Virus record (IMG/VR): IMGVR_UViG_3300045988_062804
Strand: one strand, 5' to 3'
DNA length: 64,000 nt
Origin: a virus
Position 1 is the first letter of the stretch, and each line of letters begins with the position of its first letter. Of the stretch, positions 53,014-63,626 are shown piece by piece. The notes beneath the pieces were generated by a model that was not told the DNA's origin, did not search any database, and worked only from the letters and a program-made list of their open reading frames with translations. The position numbers were made by a program, and so were the translations under genes.

Positions 53014-54758
53014 TATTCAACTGTATTTAATAGTCCTGTGTTATCAACTGTATTCTCAAGAATCTCATGTACAAGCAGTTTACCAGCTTCAATAGCAGCT
53101 TCATCAGAACCGTCTTGCATTAGTTTCTCCAATTGCTTAGTAACCTCAAGATTGAAGATTATCTCTTCTCTCTCTACTTCTGCGTGTTGCTTAATGTCCC
53201 CGCCTTTCTCTTCTGTAATAACTGGAATACCTTTAGTAGTTACCTCTTCAAACTTCTCATCCACATTCTCTAAGTGATGTTTATGGGCATGTAAAGCACC
53301 ACTAGGAATTACATTAACCTTACCTCCCTCTGCAAACTTCTTAGGGACATATCTGTAATAATCCCCAGACGTGTCTAAGTCATATGAGTTTCTAAACTCT
53401 ACTGCTTCTGGGTCTTTAGAATTATACCACTCTAGTTCATATTTAAGAGTTGGATGGTCTTTAGCTTTCATAAACTCATAGATACCTGTTTCAGGGTCTA
53501 GATATACGGAATTTAGGTGATTCTTACCGTTCTTTAAATCAGACACACTTGATGTCCTCCAAGCCTCTAGTTCTTCTTTAGGGGCTAGTTCAAAAGCCCT
53601 TCTAAGGTTGTATGAAGTAGTATCGTTTCTATCTACTGGAATAGTTTTATACCAAGACTCAAATGTTACTTTGGGAGCAGCCCCTGTAATACCATCTACA
53701 ACACCACCCTTTTGAAAGCCAGCTACCTCTTCCATTCTAACCTCTTCTTGAATCTTCTTTCTCTTCTCTTTCTGTCCTTTAGATAGTTTAACTACTCTCT
53801 TAGCGAAGTCTCTATCCATCTTCAAGCCAGACTTACCAGCTCTTACTGTATTCTGCTGATAACCTCCATTTAGTTGTAATTGAGTTCCAAGTCCAAGCAA
53901 AGGATTGTTAGAAGCTACAAGTGCCATTTGGGCTTCATCAGCTATATTACCCATTTTGACTTGTTGCATCTGAGCATTGTGTATTTGTCTATTAGCTTTG
54001 TTCCTTGCTCCACCACTAAGTAATCCATACTTCTTACCACTCTTAGTAAGAGCATCATCTACAGTAGATTGAGTTCCACCGTAGGCAGAACCTACTTGTT
54101 CAAATGCTTCATTATCCTTAGTAATAGTATCGGCTTTCTTAGCTCCAATGGCATTAACCAATCCAATTGGAGTTAGTTTGAGAAACTTACTATCTAATAT
54201 CTTGTCCGCTGTAGTCATTTGGTCAGTTCCAACTCCCATAGCTGTTAAGCCATCTGATAACATTCCACCTACTTTCATAGCACCACCGATAATAGTACCT
54301 ACTCCAGGTATAGTAGACACAGCATTAGCAGCAGCATCATAGCCTTGATTTAGTCCAGTAGTTAGTGCTGATTGTTCTTTCTGGGGAATTAGACTTCCAA
54401 CTACATCAGCTATACCTCCAGCCACATTCATGGTGTTACCAATCTTAGCTTTGCTAAATATTCCACTATTAGGAGTAACAGTAGAGGAGTTCCCGCCAAA
54501 TCTCTTTATGTCCTGTATAGCCTTATTAGAATCTCTGTTGAATTTCAAGGACATACTTAATGGGTCTCCCATCTTAGCGTTAAAATCAATTAGGCTATTA
54601 GTCGGAGCCATTATTTGCTCAGCTGATTTACCAAAGTCAGCAGCCCAGTCCTTTCCCATTAAATTCTGATAGACTGGTGTCCCATTGTTTTGTGGAATGG
54701 TGTAGGGACCCCATGTTGAAGTCCCTCCCCACTGGTATCTTTTAACTAGTTTACGCAT
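53013..54758 (-). CDS. 581-aa virion protein with a Gly-zipper segment (ejection/cargo-like)
   Basis: MRKLVKRYQWGG leader. Contains NVAGGIADVVGSLIP...IPGVGTIIGGAMKVGGMLSDGLTAMGVG (54204-54431) and internal FQKGG and FAEGG motifs. Confidence 0.5.
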   Translation of the reverse strand: MRKLVKRYQWGGTSTWGPYTIPQNNGTPVYQNLMGKDWAADFGKSAEQIMAPTNSLIDFNAKMGDPLSMSLKFNRDSNKAIQDIKRFGGNSSTVTPNSGIFSKAKIGNTMNVAGGIADVVGSLIPQKEQSALTTGLNQGYDAAANAVSTIPGVGTIIGGAMKVGGMLSDGLTAMGVGTDQMTTADKILDSKFLKLTPIGLVNAIGAKKADTITKDNEAFEQVGSAYGGTQSTVDDALTKSGKKYGLLSGGARNKANRQIHNAQMQQVKMGNIADEAQMALVASNNPLLGLGTQLQLNGGYQQNTVRAGKSGLKMDRDFAKRVVKLSKGQKEKRKKIQEEVRMEEVAGFQKGGVVDGITGAAPKVTFESWYKTIPVDRNDTTSYNLRRAFELAPKEELEAWRTSSVSDLKNGKNHLNSVYLDPETGIYEFMKAKDHPTLKYELEWYNSKDPEAVEFRNSYDLDTSGDYYRYVPKKFAEGGKVNVIPSGALHAHKHHLENVDEKFEEVTTKGIPVITEEKGGDIKQHAEVEREEIIFNLEVTKQLEKLMQDGSDEAAIEAGKLLVHEILENTVDNTGLLNTVE

Positions 54759-57700
54759 AACTTACGATATATAATGTTTTTAAAGCTGTTATTATAGCTA
54801 ACTCGTCACCAGTATATCTCACTTTAATCTTTATGTATTTGTCCCTAATTCTAGTCTCCTTCCTTTCATTAGACCATTTATTAACATCTAATGACAAGAA
54901 ATCTGCACTATAACCTCGGTCTCTTAGTTCAGATGGGATATCAGAGTTACTAGTAATATTTAGAGCAGTCATACTCTCTGGTAATGGGTTATTAACTAGG
55001 TTAAGAGGTGGGTATGTATTACCATCCTTATCCTTAACAGTCCAAGCTAATTCGTTCTTAGCCCAATAAGTTATAGAAGGTATTTGAATGTCCCACTTAT
55101 CTTCTAAGTAGTCCATGTTACCATTTATTCTACCATACTCCATAACCTCATACCATTTACCATTTTGAACTAGTACATTTGTATATCCAGCTGCTATAAG
55201 TGAGCTATATCTATCTTGAGTTATCTCTTGTAAATATCTCTTCTTAAAAGGACATGCCTTGACATGAGTAGCTATCTTAAATTCATTTAACTGATTATCA
55301 TGCACAATCTCTGAACCAGATATTGATTGGTAGTCTCTACCAGCTGATGTCATTGATTGATAATGGTCTTCAATATCGTTTAGACTATCTACCCTCGAAT
55401 ATAATAGTGGGAACATAACTGACATATCCTTGTACTTAGTAGTACTGTACAATATGTCTCTTTGTTCTGGTATAACATCCAAGTAATCATGATTATAAAC
55501 TATATCTGCACCATTATACTGGTATAGATGCTTAGTAGCCTCTTGCCTAAAATACATATTCTTTTTGTCTTTGGCAAAGTTATATACTTCTCCAACAACT
55601 TCAAAATGGAATGATTCAGGTTGGGTCTTATTACTTATAATCTGTAAGTTATTAAAGATTTTATGTACTGATGGATTATCAACTACAATAAATTCCAGCT
55701 CGAATGGATGTTGCTTACCATACCAATAGCAAGGACTAATTGGCTTTCTAGTAGGCATTAATCCAGCTTGACCATGTTTCCAGAATGAAGTAGTTAGTAA
55801 GTCATACCTCATCTTAGTAACTACAGTTACATTAGAGTATAATGTCTTTACTACATTTCTAACTTCACCTTCAACTAAATCAGTTCCTTGATTATATACT
55901 ACAGCTTTAATAGGTATTGTCCACCTACTATCTCCGACTGAATTGGCATTGACTGATACTTGATTACCATTAGTAATGAAGAACTTATTTCTAACTCTAT
56001 CATTAGCAATACTATACTCAATGTTAGAACCACTAATATCAAGATTTAGTTGTAAGTTACCTAACTTAGCTTTGCCATCTACTACAGTTAATACGTTGTC
56101 AACTACTGCACCACCCTGTATACTAATAAGAGGATAGTTAGAAGTTATCTTAGTAATTGTCTTAGATGTATTTCTGTCAAAACTAAAGAAGATGTTATCA
56201 ATATTCTCAGAATATGATGGAACCCATGAGTAGAATGTTACAAACTTCTGCATTACCTCATTGTAGCATAAATTCCATACATTCTCTTCCAATGTATTAA
56301 TATCATCATAGAAAGTAAACATCACATCTTGCTTAAACCTATTGTAGTGAGTTTTAACGTTCCTAATACCAATAATTGGAGTCTTCTCTTTCTCAGTAAG
56401 TGAGATATTGTCATTTAAGAACTTCTGTACTTTAAAGTCTGAGATAACCTCGAACAGTTGTCCATTAGTTCTCCAAATCTTCTTCCCGACTGTATCCACT
56501 CCATAGACGTAATAGGGAGTCTTGATGACACTCTCTGACCACTGAGTACCGAATGTATCAGACAGCATTTTTGGATTCTCTGGGAGTACGTTAGAGGTGT
56601 TTATGAAGATATTTCCACCTGCACCTTCACCTGCAACGGCTCTTTCATTGACTGGTATCAAAGCAACACCATGTTCAAATACACAGATAATGCTACCAAA
56701 CCATTCAACTAACTTAACTATACTACCGTAAGTTAATGGGTAGTCCCTATAGTTCATTAATTTGAATACTCTGTAACCATTCTTAAATGAGTCATTGACA
56801 TTAATGTCAGAGTACATTACTCTAATATGGAACTTATTCTTAATAGCTGGAACATTTGGTAGTTCATAGTAATACTTATCAGATGTAGTAGAGTTAATAC
56901 CACCATTTATAACAAATGATTCTGGTATTTTAGATTCACCAGTAACTGACATAGCTTGTAATGGATAGAATCCTCTAGCTTTACCAGTTAATCCTAACTC
57001 TGAAGTATATGACATATCAATACTTCTCATAGATAGGTTGACGTTGCTACATACCTTAATAGTAACCCAGTGCCCCATCTTAATGGCATTTACGTCACCT
57101 CTATTGATTTTGCCATTCTTCTCGCTATCACCTATTGTATAGTTATCCTTCCATGACATTTGGTCCACAATATCATCATTTATAGGAGCTGCTGAGTCTT
57201 GGAAGTTCCTACACATTCTATGTGTATAGTTACCTATATAGCAATCTCCTCTAAACAGGTTCTTAGCTATCATAGTATTCCCATCCTCATCTAAATCATC
57301 CCATAACATTCTGTTACACATAGCATAGAATGCAGATGAATCCTCATACCTAATTTCAAAGTAGGTATCTAATAGGTTCTCCTCATAGTTAGGAGTCTTA
57401 ATATCAATAAGACTCATCTTATTAGTATTATATCCTTCCAATCCTATGTAAGGTCCCCAACTTCCTCTTAGCAGGTTACGAGCATTAGAAGACTTATTTG
57501 TATAGTTATAGTAAGATACTCTCCATGCTTCTTCAGCTTCTCCAGCCCTTGCACTAAATAACTGTTTCTTACCCTTTAGTGCCTTAACATTATCACCAAT
57601 AGCCATAATGTTATATGTCTCGTCTTGGGTAGAATTATTAGTAACGTAAGATAGGTTATAGAAATGAGTACCACTTTTGTCAAAGTATTTCTTACCAAAC

Positions 57701-59442
57701 TGGGACTTAGCCATCTTGACTTTAAACTGAGTACCAGTGAATAGTTGATTGAAGTATGCTTGTCTTAATTCAAACTCTGGACATAGAGCTGCATATCCTT
57801 CCAATACTTTATCCTTATTAATGTCTTCACATCTTCTATCAAAGTCATGTGTTAGAACTCCGTCATTGTCTAGGAATCTTTCTACCCTATATGTCTCAGC
57901 ACCAGAAGGAAGCACAGGTAAGTGACTTGTATTCTCTAGTCCGATTGTAACTGCTTGAGCTAATGTAGTAGGTATTCTCTTCTGTCTTACAAAGAAGAAT
58001 CCTTTAGTATACCTCTTTAGCTCTCTAACGGCATCCTTGCTAATTTTAATATCAAATCCAATTGGAACTGTACCACTATCAGCTAATTGATTGCCATTAT
58101 ACTTAATTTTAATTACACCCTTAGAGTTTTCATTCTGACTATCCAGCTTGTATGTTTCCTTGTTAATAGGGATGTACTCTCTATTGGCTTGGATAATAGC
58201 TATGTTGTTTGTACTAGTTGGGTCGAAGTCCTTCTTAAATAGAGGATAATCTTCCCAATCTATCCTATCAGTATCACCAGGTATAGCTAATCTACTAATA
58301 CCTCTAATATTAAATACTGGAGATAAAGTATAATCATTAAGAATGTATACTACTCCTAGTCGGTAAATCTCATCATTCCAGTATCCAAGTCTATTATAGA
58401 TGTTCATCACATTATAATACTCATACTGTCCTGATTCATCCTTATAATCCTTATCAACTCTACCTATATTGTTTTCTACATTTAGCTCTGGTAAGAAGTG
58501 TAGAGATAGGTCTGTAAGCTCCTTATATTCAATATCTGGATTAGCTACGTTACCTAAGAATAACATATTCTGGCAAGTAGTCTGTGCTGCTGCACTATTA
58601 ACCACATTGTATGCTACGTTAATATCATTGATACTAACAGCTTGTACAGTTTCAAATCCAGTAATACTAATCTTAGCTGCATTGTTATATACAGCAAATT
58701 GCTTCATAATCTTAAACGATGTAGTCATTTCATTTCCATCTATATCAGATGTACTTCTTGTATAGTAAACTACTACATTGTTATAAGATGAATCTATGTT
58801 AGTTAGTAAGAATGAAGCTGACTTATAACTGTTTTCATCTCTAATTCCACCTTGTATAGAGGATGGGTCATTCAAATTACCAATATGGCAAGTTACTATG
58901 CCTGACTCAGCTATAAAATCTGTCTCATTCCCATCTGAATCCGATAACTTAAAGTAGAACACATAATTACCAACTCTTAAATTACCACTGGTATTTAATC
59001 CCATGAATGTAAGGTTAGCAATATTGTTAGTCTTCTTGTAAAGAGATATGTCAGATTCAAAGGAATCTATATCATATATATTAGTGTCGTTATCTCCTTC
59101 TCTATCTACAATCTGATATGTATTCATACCAGTAGATGAGAATCTTGTGTTAATCAACTTAGGATATGTACTTCCGTCATTAAGGATAAGGTTAACTGAA
59201 CCATCATAAGATTGTTGTGGAACAATATCAATAGGATGGTTCAGGTCAAAACTGAGTAATTCTGTATCCAGGTTTATTAAGCTACCTTTAGGATACACAA
59301 TTACTCCGTTCTCCCTTATATCTTCATTAGTTCTCAGAACCCTTAAAGGATTGTACTCGTAAACTAATGCTCCCTTCTGTTGAAGTTGATTTAATCCTAA
59401 GTCTAGGTCTAATACCTTACCACTTAGTGATTTGAAATCCAT
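54751..59442 (-). CDS. 1563-aa tail-type structural protein
   Basis: Uninterrupted giant ORF in the structural block with a beta-rich N/T/S/Y composition. The function is inferred from size and synteny only. Confidence 0.5.
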   Translation of the reverse strand: MDFKSLSGKVLDLDLGLNQLQQKGALVYEYNPLRVLRTNEDIRENGVIVYPKGSLINLDTELLSFDLNHPIDIVPQQSYDGSVNLILNDGSTYPKLINTRFSSTGMNTYQIVDREGDNDTNIYDIDSFESDISLYKKTNNIANLTFMGLNTSGNLRVGNYVFYFKLSDSDGNETDFIAESGIVTCHIGNLNDPSSIQGGIRDENSYKSASFLLTNIDSSYNNVVVYYTRSTSDIDGNEMTTSFKIMKQFAVYNNAAKISITGFETVQAVSINDINVAYNVVNSAAAQTTCQNMLFLGNVANPDIEYKELTDLSLHFLPELNVENNIGRVDKDYKDESGQYEYYNVMNIYNRLGYWNDEIYRLGVVYILNDYTLSPVFNIRGISRLAIPGDTDRIDWEDYPLFKKDFDPTSTNNIAIIQANREYIPINKETYKLDSQNENSKGVIKIKYNGNQLADSGTVPIGFDIKISKDAVRELKRYTKGFFFVRQKRIPTTLAQAVTIGLENTSHLPVLPSGAETYRVERFLDNDGVLTHDFDRRCEDINKDKVLEGYAALCPEFELRQAYFNQLFTGTQFKVKMAKSQFGKKYFDKSGTHFYNLSYVTNNSTQDETYNIMAIGDNVKALKGKKQLFSARAGEAEEAWRVSYYNYTNKSSNARNLLRGSWGPYIGLEGYNTNKMSLIDIKTPNYEENLLDTYFEIRYEDSSAFYAMCNRMLWDDLDEDGNTMIAKNLFRGDCYIGNYTHRMCRNFQDSAAPINDDIVDQMSWKDNYTIGDSEKNGKINRGDVNAIKMGHWVTIKVCSNVNLSMRSIDMSYTSELGLTGKARGFYPLQAMSVTGESKIPESFVINGGINSTTSDKYYYELPNVPAIKNKFHIRVMYSDINVNDSFKNGYRVFKLMNYRDYPLTYGSIVKLVEWFGSIICVFEHGVALIPVNERAVAGEGAGGNIFINTSNVLPENPKMLSDTFGTQWSESVIKTPYYVYGVDTVGKKIWRTNGQLFEVISDFKVQKFLNDNISLTEKEKTPIIGIRNVKTHYNRFKQDVMFTFYDDINTLEENVWNLCYNEVMQKFVTFYSWVPSYSENIDNIFFSFDRNTSKTITKITSNYPLISIQGGAVVDNVLTVVDGKAKLGNLQLNLDISGSNIEYSIANDRVRNKFFITNGNQVSVNANSVGDSRWTIPIKAVVYNQGTDLVEGEVRNVVKTLYSNVTVVTKMRYDLLTTSFWKHGQAGLMPTRKPISPCYWYGKQHPFELEFIVVDNPSVHKIFNNLQIISNKTQPESFHFEVVGEVYNFAKDKKNMYFRQEATKHLYQYNGADIVYNHDYLDVIPEQRDILYSTTKYKDMSVMFPLLYSRVDSLNDIEDHYQSMTSAGRDYQSISGSEIVHDNQLNEFKIATHVKACPFKKRYLQEITQDRYSSLIAAGYTNVLVQNGKWYEVMEYGRINGNMDYLEDKWDIQIPSITYWAKNELAWTVKDKDGNTYPPLNLVNNPLPESMTALNITSNSDIPSELRDRGYSADFLSLDVNKWSNERKETRIRDKYIKIKVRYTGDELAIITALKTLYIVSYA

Positions 59443-62400
59443 TACTCGTATTTGTATATTGATTTACTTCCAAACCCAATCTTATACGCCATATCAGGTG
59501 CATGGCTATCTTTCTTTTTAGTCCACCTTCCAATAGCATTAGTTGTATCTGTGATATAAATACCATTAAAGAACCCATCAGGAACTTTGCCCGACATTTT
59601 ACTTAATGCATAAGAGTTAATAAATCTTGAGTTGAGACTATACCCCAATGAAATAGTACCTCCCCTCCAGTCATACAGCTGAGTATCAGAACCCATGGTC
59701 TGATATGTACCGTCACTATTAGTAGCTAACATCAATGACCCATCACTGTTAGTCCCAACTCTCACTCCCACGTGTATTTTATTCCTCTGAGCATCGGTTA
59801 GTTCTGTAGTTGGTAATGAATAATACGAGTACGCGCTGGTATAGCAGTTTAATATTACAGAGTCATTATCAAACCTAATATTATCTCCATACTCTATGTA
59901 GGTAGATAGGACTGTAGGCATATGTACTTTGAATAATGGAAGATAATTCTTAAGTTCTTTTATAGCAGCCATCCATCTGGTCATATGGGTTTCTACTGAG
60001 ATTGAGCTCCCATCCAGAAAGAAGTCTACATCAACATCCTTTCCAGCATTATTTACCTGAATATTAACGTCACATGATGTGTTAAAAGCATTATGGTATA
60101 CAAACTCAGAACCGTTAGGTCCCACAAAGTTTGACACCTTGGAACTTTTACTAGCTACCAGCATTTGGCTTAAGAAGCACTTTAGCATTGCGTCTACTCT
60201 TATAAGTCCTGTAGAAGTCAGGTCATGTTTAGTAGTCTTCTCAGAACCTAAGTTAATAACATGGGGTATTCCGTCTCTGTCCTTCCAGGTTGCCAAGAGG
60301 AAATTATCCTCACTAGCCACTTCGCTTTTGCTTCTATACCATGCCCCAGAATTATATGGAAGTCCTCTATTCTTACTATACCCGTAGAACAAGGATGCAT
60401 GGTTACAGTCATGTCCTCCAAATATACCTATAATCCCTTCCCCCATGCTGGCTAAACATGCCCTTAGTCCATCATCATCAGCTCCAGCCCCGCCATTTGG
60501 ACCTTTATAACTTCCTTCTGTATGAGCATTACTTCTTAAGATTCTGGAATTGTAGCAGCAGTAATCCTCGTCACCAGTAACACAATATAGAGTATCACCT
60601 GTCTCACTAAACGAGAATAATTTACCTCTATCCTGTTGTGACATATCAGACCTATATATTGGCATTAGTTTCTCTACATCTGTTGTTATAGACTTCACTG
60701 GACCATTAGAAGCTATAATGTTTCTAGAAGTGTTAACAGTTCCAGTAAATTCACCCTTAGAAGCATTATATGTTAAAATGCCTACCTCAGACTCAATATT
60801 GGTAATCTCGGAACTAAGTGGAGAATTATTACTAAAAGTTACCTCTGAGTTGTTGGGAGTTCCAAATGTGGCTCTTGGAGAGTTCCCAAAGAATCCTGAT
60901 ATTACTTTCTGGTCAGCTTTACCAGCATATAGTCTAGAGTTATAATCATAATCTACAGAAGGTCTGATTGTAACTTCATAAGCCCCCCTCTTCCTTGTAT
61001 TATATCTGTAATTTACTTCAGATGTGGCTGAAGGAACTTCTTTTATGTAGTCAGATGGATTAACAATAGCCTTAGTTACAAATGAGTTAGAGTCATTAAC
61101 TTTTATAGCTAGCTCTATGTTACCAGGCTTTACAGAGCTTCCTACTTCATTCTTAAGCCCCAGTAGTACCTTACTTCTATTACTTCCATTAGGAAGTCCA
61201 GTATTGAAGTCTGGAATTTCCTCGTAGAAGTCATTAAAGTACCCACCAGTGTAAATTAATTTATAGCCTACTGTCTTCTTAACTCCAGCTACATATCTAT
61301 CAATTCTAACTATATAAATCCAATTCTTCTGGATTGTACTATCATCAAATGGAATAATCTCTTCAAAGCTACCATTATAATACTCTTTAGAGATTGTATA
61401 TTTATAAGCGCCGTTTAGGTTCTCGGCATTATTAGCTTCAGCAGAATCAGTAAGGCTTATAAAGGTAAACTCTATCTTCTCAATATCAGAATCCTCATTA
61501 AGGTTGTAATAATCATATCCCCAGCCAATCTTCAGATATGTATCAGTAACGAAGAATCTCCACTCATCTAATACTTCTGAATTAGTTCTAATAGCGTCAA
61601 AGTCTATAGTTCCGCTCTTAGCCATTCTCTCTAATACTCCATAAGGACAAGCAGGCATAATTTTGTATTGAGTCTTACCAGTCTTACCACTCTTTATAAT
61701 GGTAGATTTAACTGATGATGAATTAGCTTCAATTAATCCAACATCATCTGGATTGTTCTTAGTCGTACCTTTAAATACTCCAGTAGTTTCTCCAGAGAAC
61801 TCCACACTGATAACTTTAGTATCATCATTACATGAGTACTTCCTTATCAGGTTAAATGTATCAAAGGTCTTTAACTCAATTACTAAGATTAATGCTCCAG
61901 ATGATTTAGCACTAAATACTTGGACTAGTTCCTTAGACTTAATAACATCCAACATAGGTGTGTTACTATTCTCATAAATCCATAGTCCATTGTTGTATAT
62001 CTTTAGATTCTTTTCATCTATATAATCAATACTACCACTACTATTTATAACTCCCAATCTTAACTTGATAGCCCCCCTATTAATTGCTTCTTTGATAGCA
62101 GCATCAATAGTATTGGCAACTATTACAAATCTATCTCCAGGATGAAATATCTTAACTTCATCTGAATTTTTAACTTGGAATAGCTTCTCCTTGTAATATT
62201 CCAGTTCTATGTAAGGAACACTTCCCTTCATAGTTATGAATTTAGAGAACTCAAATTCAATTGGAGTAACATTTAGGTCTTCTCCCTCATACAACTGTTG
62301 AGGAGATGGGAATGAACCTATCTGACTCTTACCAGTGATTGGGTTATGAGCTGCAACGTAAATAATACCTCCATGTTCCTTCATTCCTACAGGTACATAT

Positions 62401-62585
62401 CCCTTATCGAGATAGGCTGTATGAACTTCTCCATTTCCCATATCATTCTGTAATACAAACTCATTACCATTGTATGTTATTATAGTACCATTTAAGCAGT
62501 TTGTTAACACATTACTGGGAGTAGTTAATGGGTGTAAGTCCATTATTAAACCCTCACCAAAGGTATTAATTGCTTCTTTTCTCAT
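59442..62585 (-). CDS. 1047-aa tail-type structural protein
   Basis: Uninterrupted ORF whose stop overlaps the downstream gene start by 1 nt at 59442. The function is inferred from size and synteny only. Confidence 0.5.
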   Translation of the reverse strand: MRKEAINTFGEGLIMDLHPLTTPSNVLTNCLNGTIITYNGNEFVLQNDMGNGEVHTAYLDKGYVPVGMKEHGGIIYVAAHNPITGKSQIGSFPSPQQLYEGEDLNVTPIEFEFSKFITMKGSVPYIELEYYKEKLFQVKNSDEVKIFHPGDRFVIVANTIDAAIKEAINRGAIKLRLGVINSSGSIDYIDEKNLKIYNNGLWIYENSNTPMLDVIKSKELVQVFSAKSSGALILVIELKTFDTFNLIRKYSCNDDTKVISVEFSGETTGVFKGTTKNNPDDVGLIEANSSSVKSTIIKSGKTGKTQYKIMPACPYGVLERMAKSGTIDFDAIRTNSEVLDEWRFFVTDTYLKIGWGYDYYNLNEDSDIEKIEFTFISLTDSAEANNAENLNGAYKYTISKEYYNGSFEEIIPFDDSTIQKNWIYIVRIDRYVAGVKKTVGYKLIYTGGYFNDFYEEIPDFNTGLPNGSNRSKVLLGLKNEVGSSVKPGNIELAIKVNDSNSFVTKAIVNPSDYIKEVPSATSEVNYRYNTRKRGAYEVTIRPSVDYDYNSRLYAGKADQKVISGFFGNSPRATFGTPNNSEVTFSNNSPLSSEITNIESEVGILTYNASKGEFTGTVNTSRNIIASNGPVKSITTDVEKLMPIYRSDMSQQDRGKLFSFSETGDTLYCVTGDEDYCCYNSRILRSNAHTEGSYKGPNGGAGADDDGLRACLASMGEGIIGIFGGHDCNHASLFYGYSKNRGLPYNSGAWYRSKSEVASEDNFLLATWKDRDGIPHVINLGSEKTTKHDLTSTGLIRVDAMLKCFLSQMLVASKSSKVSNFVGPNGSEFVYHNAFNTSCDVNIQVNNAGKDVDVDFFLDGSSISVETHMTRWMAAIKELKNYLPLFKVHMPTVLSTYIEYGDNIRFDNDSVILNCYTSAYSYYSLPTTELTDAQRNKIHVGVRVGTNSDGSLMLATNSDGTYQTMGSDTQLYDWRGGTISLGYSLNSRFINSYALSKMSGKVPDGFFNGIYITDTTNAIGRWTKKKDSHAPDMAYKIGFGSKSIYKYE

Positions 62586-63168
62586 ATTTTATAAGTTCAT
62601 AGTTGTTACTACTAATAAGTATGTCCTTGAACGTACTTGGATTATCTCTTACTAATGCAACTTCTAAATCATTGCACTTCATTGTATCTTTGAAGAATGT
62701 ATATCCCATGTCTGTGATGTATCTGTATCTTACGATGTATTTAGACCAACTGTAAAACACTTTAGCCTCATCGAAGACCTTCATACCGAACTTATTATGG
62801 AATATGAAATTCTTCTTCTTTCTTCCTCTTCCAGTGGTGGACATAACTATAGATTCATATTCATCTTCAGTTAGTCCTATATAATAGTACCCATCCCACT
62901 CCTTAACTTTCTTAGAGTATAATACTCTTAGCTTCCTTCTTAACATTCTTCTATAATAGTTGTAATGTTTAATAGAATCACGTGTAAGTTGTCCGCAGTA
63001 GAACCAGTATCTATACTTAGTACTACTAATAAGAGTATCACATCCTCTAAGATTATAATAATATAGCATTCTCCAGCCGTATTCAACAGCTCGTTTAACA
63101 TCCTCTGGAGGTACAGTCGGGAATTGGGCTATTAGGTCTGGTAAATAATCATTGACACTTTTTAGCAT
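62566..63168 (-). CDS. 200-aa basic, Tyr/Arg-rich structural-module protein
   Basis: ORF coupled to both neighbours. No motif recognised. Confidence 0.55.
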   Translation of the reverse strand: MLKSVNDYLPDLIAQFPTVPPEDVKRAVEYGWRMLYYYNLRGCDTLISSTKYRYWFYCGQLTRDSIKHYNYYRRMLRRKLRVLYSKKVKEWDGYYYIGLTEDEYESIVMSTTGRGRKKKNFIFHNKFGMKVFDEAKVFYSWSKYIVRYRYITDMGYTFFKDTMKCNDLEVALVRDNPSTFKDILISSNNYELIKYEKRSN

Positions 63169-63626
63169 TAATAATATTGTTTACCTTGATTTGTGTGTTC
63201 TAATATCTTATCTCTATGCTCAGGGTCAAGATATATTAGCTTCTCCCTCATAACTCCCTTAGATTGGAAGTGAAATACCATTTGATATGCACAGAAGTTA
63301 GATGTCAGAAAGTCTACCTTAGCCCACTTACCGTTTCTTCTTGCCTTAGAGAACTCGTCCCTCTCGAATCTCTTCATCTTCAACTCAGCTCTCCTAGACC
63401 TAGTCGGGAGGGTAAATGTAGCATTATTCTCAATTATATCTTCCAAAACCATATTCAAGGCACTCTTAAATATCTTCTTAGCGATAACTTCCTTGTGCCT
63501 ATTACCTATTAATTCCTCACATGCCTTTGAAGTCATCTTCATCTTCTTAGTAGGGAAGGAGATGAATAACTCATCTATATTCATGGCATATCCTGTAGCG
63601 TAATTCATTATTTTACAAATTTCCAA
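63168..63626 (-). CDS. 152-aa protein, possibly the HU/IHF-like fold protein conserved in crAss-like structural modules
   Basis: KEVIAKKIFKSALNMVLEDIIENNATFTLP...ELKMKRF loosely resembles the N-terminal half of HU/IHF. The assignment is weak. Confidence 0.3.
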   Translation of the reverse strand: MEICKIMNYATGYAMNIDELFISFPTKKMKMTSKACEELIGNRHKEVIAKKIFKSALNMVLEDIIENNATFTLPTRSRRAELKMKRFERDEFSKARRNGKWAKVDFLTSNFCAYQMVFHFQSKGVMREKLIYLDPEHRDKILEHTNQGKQYY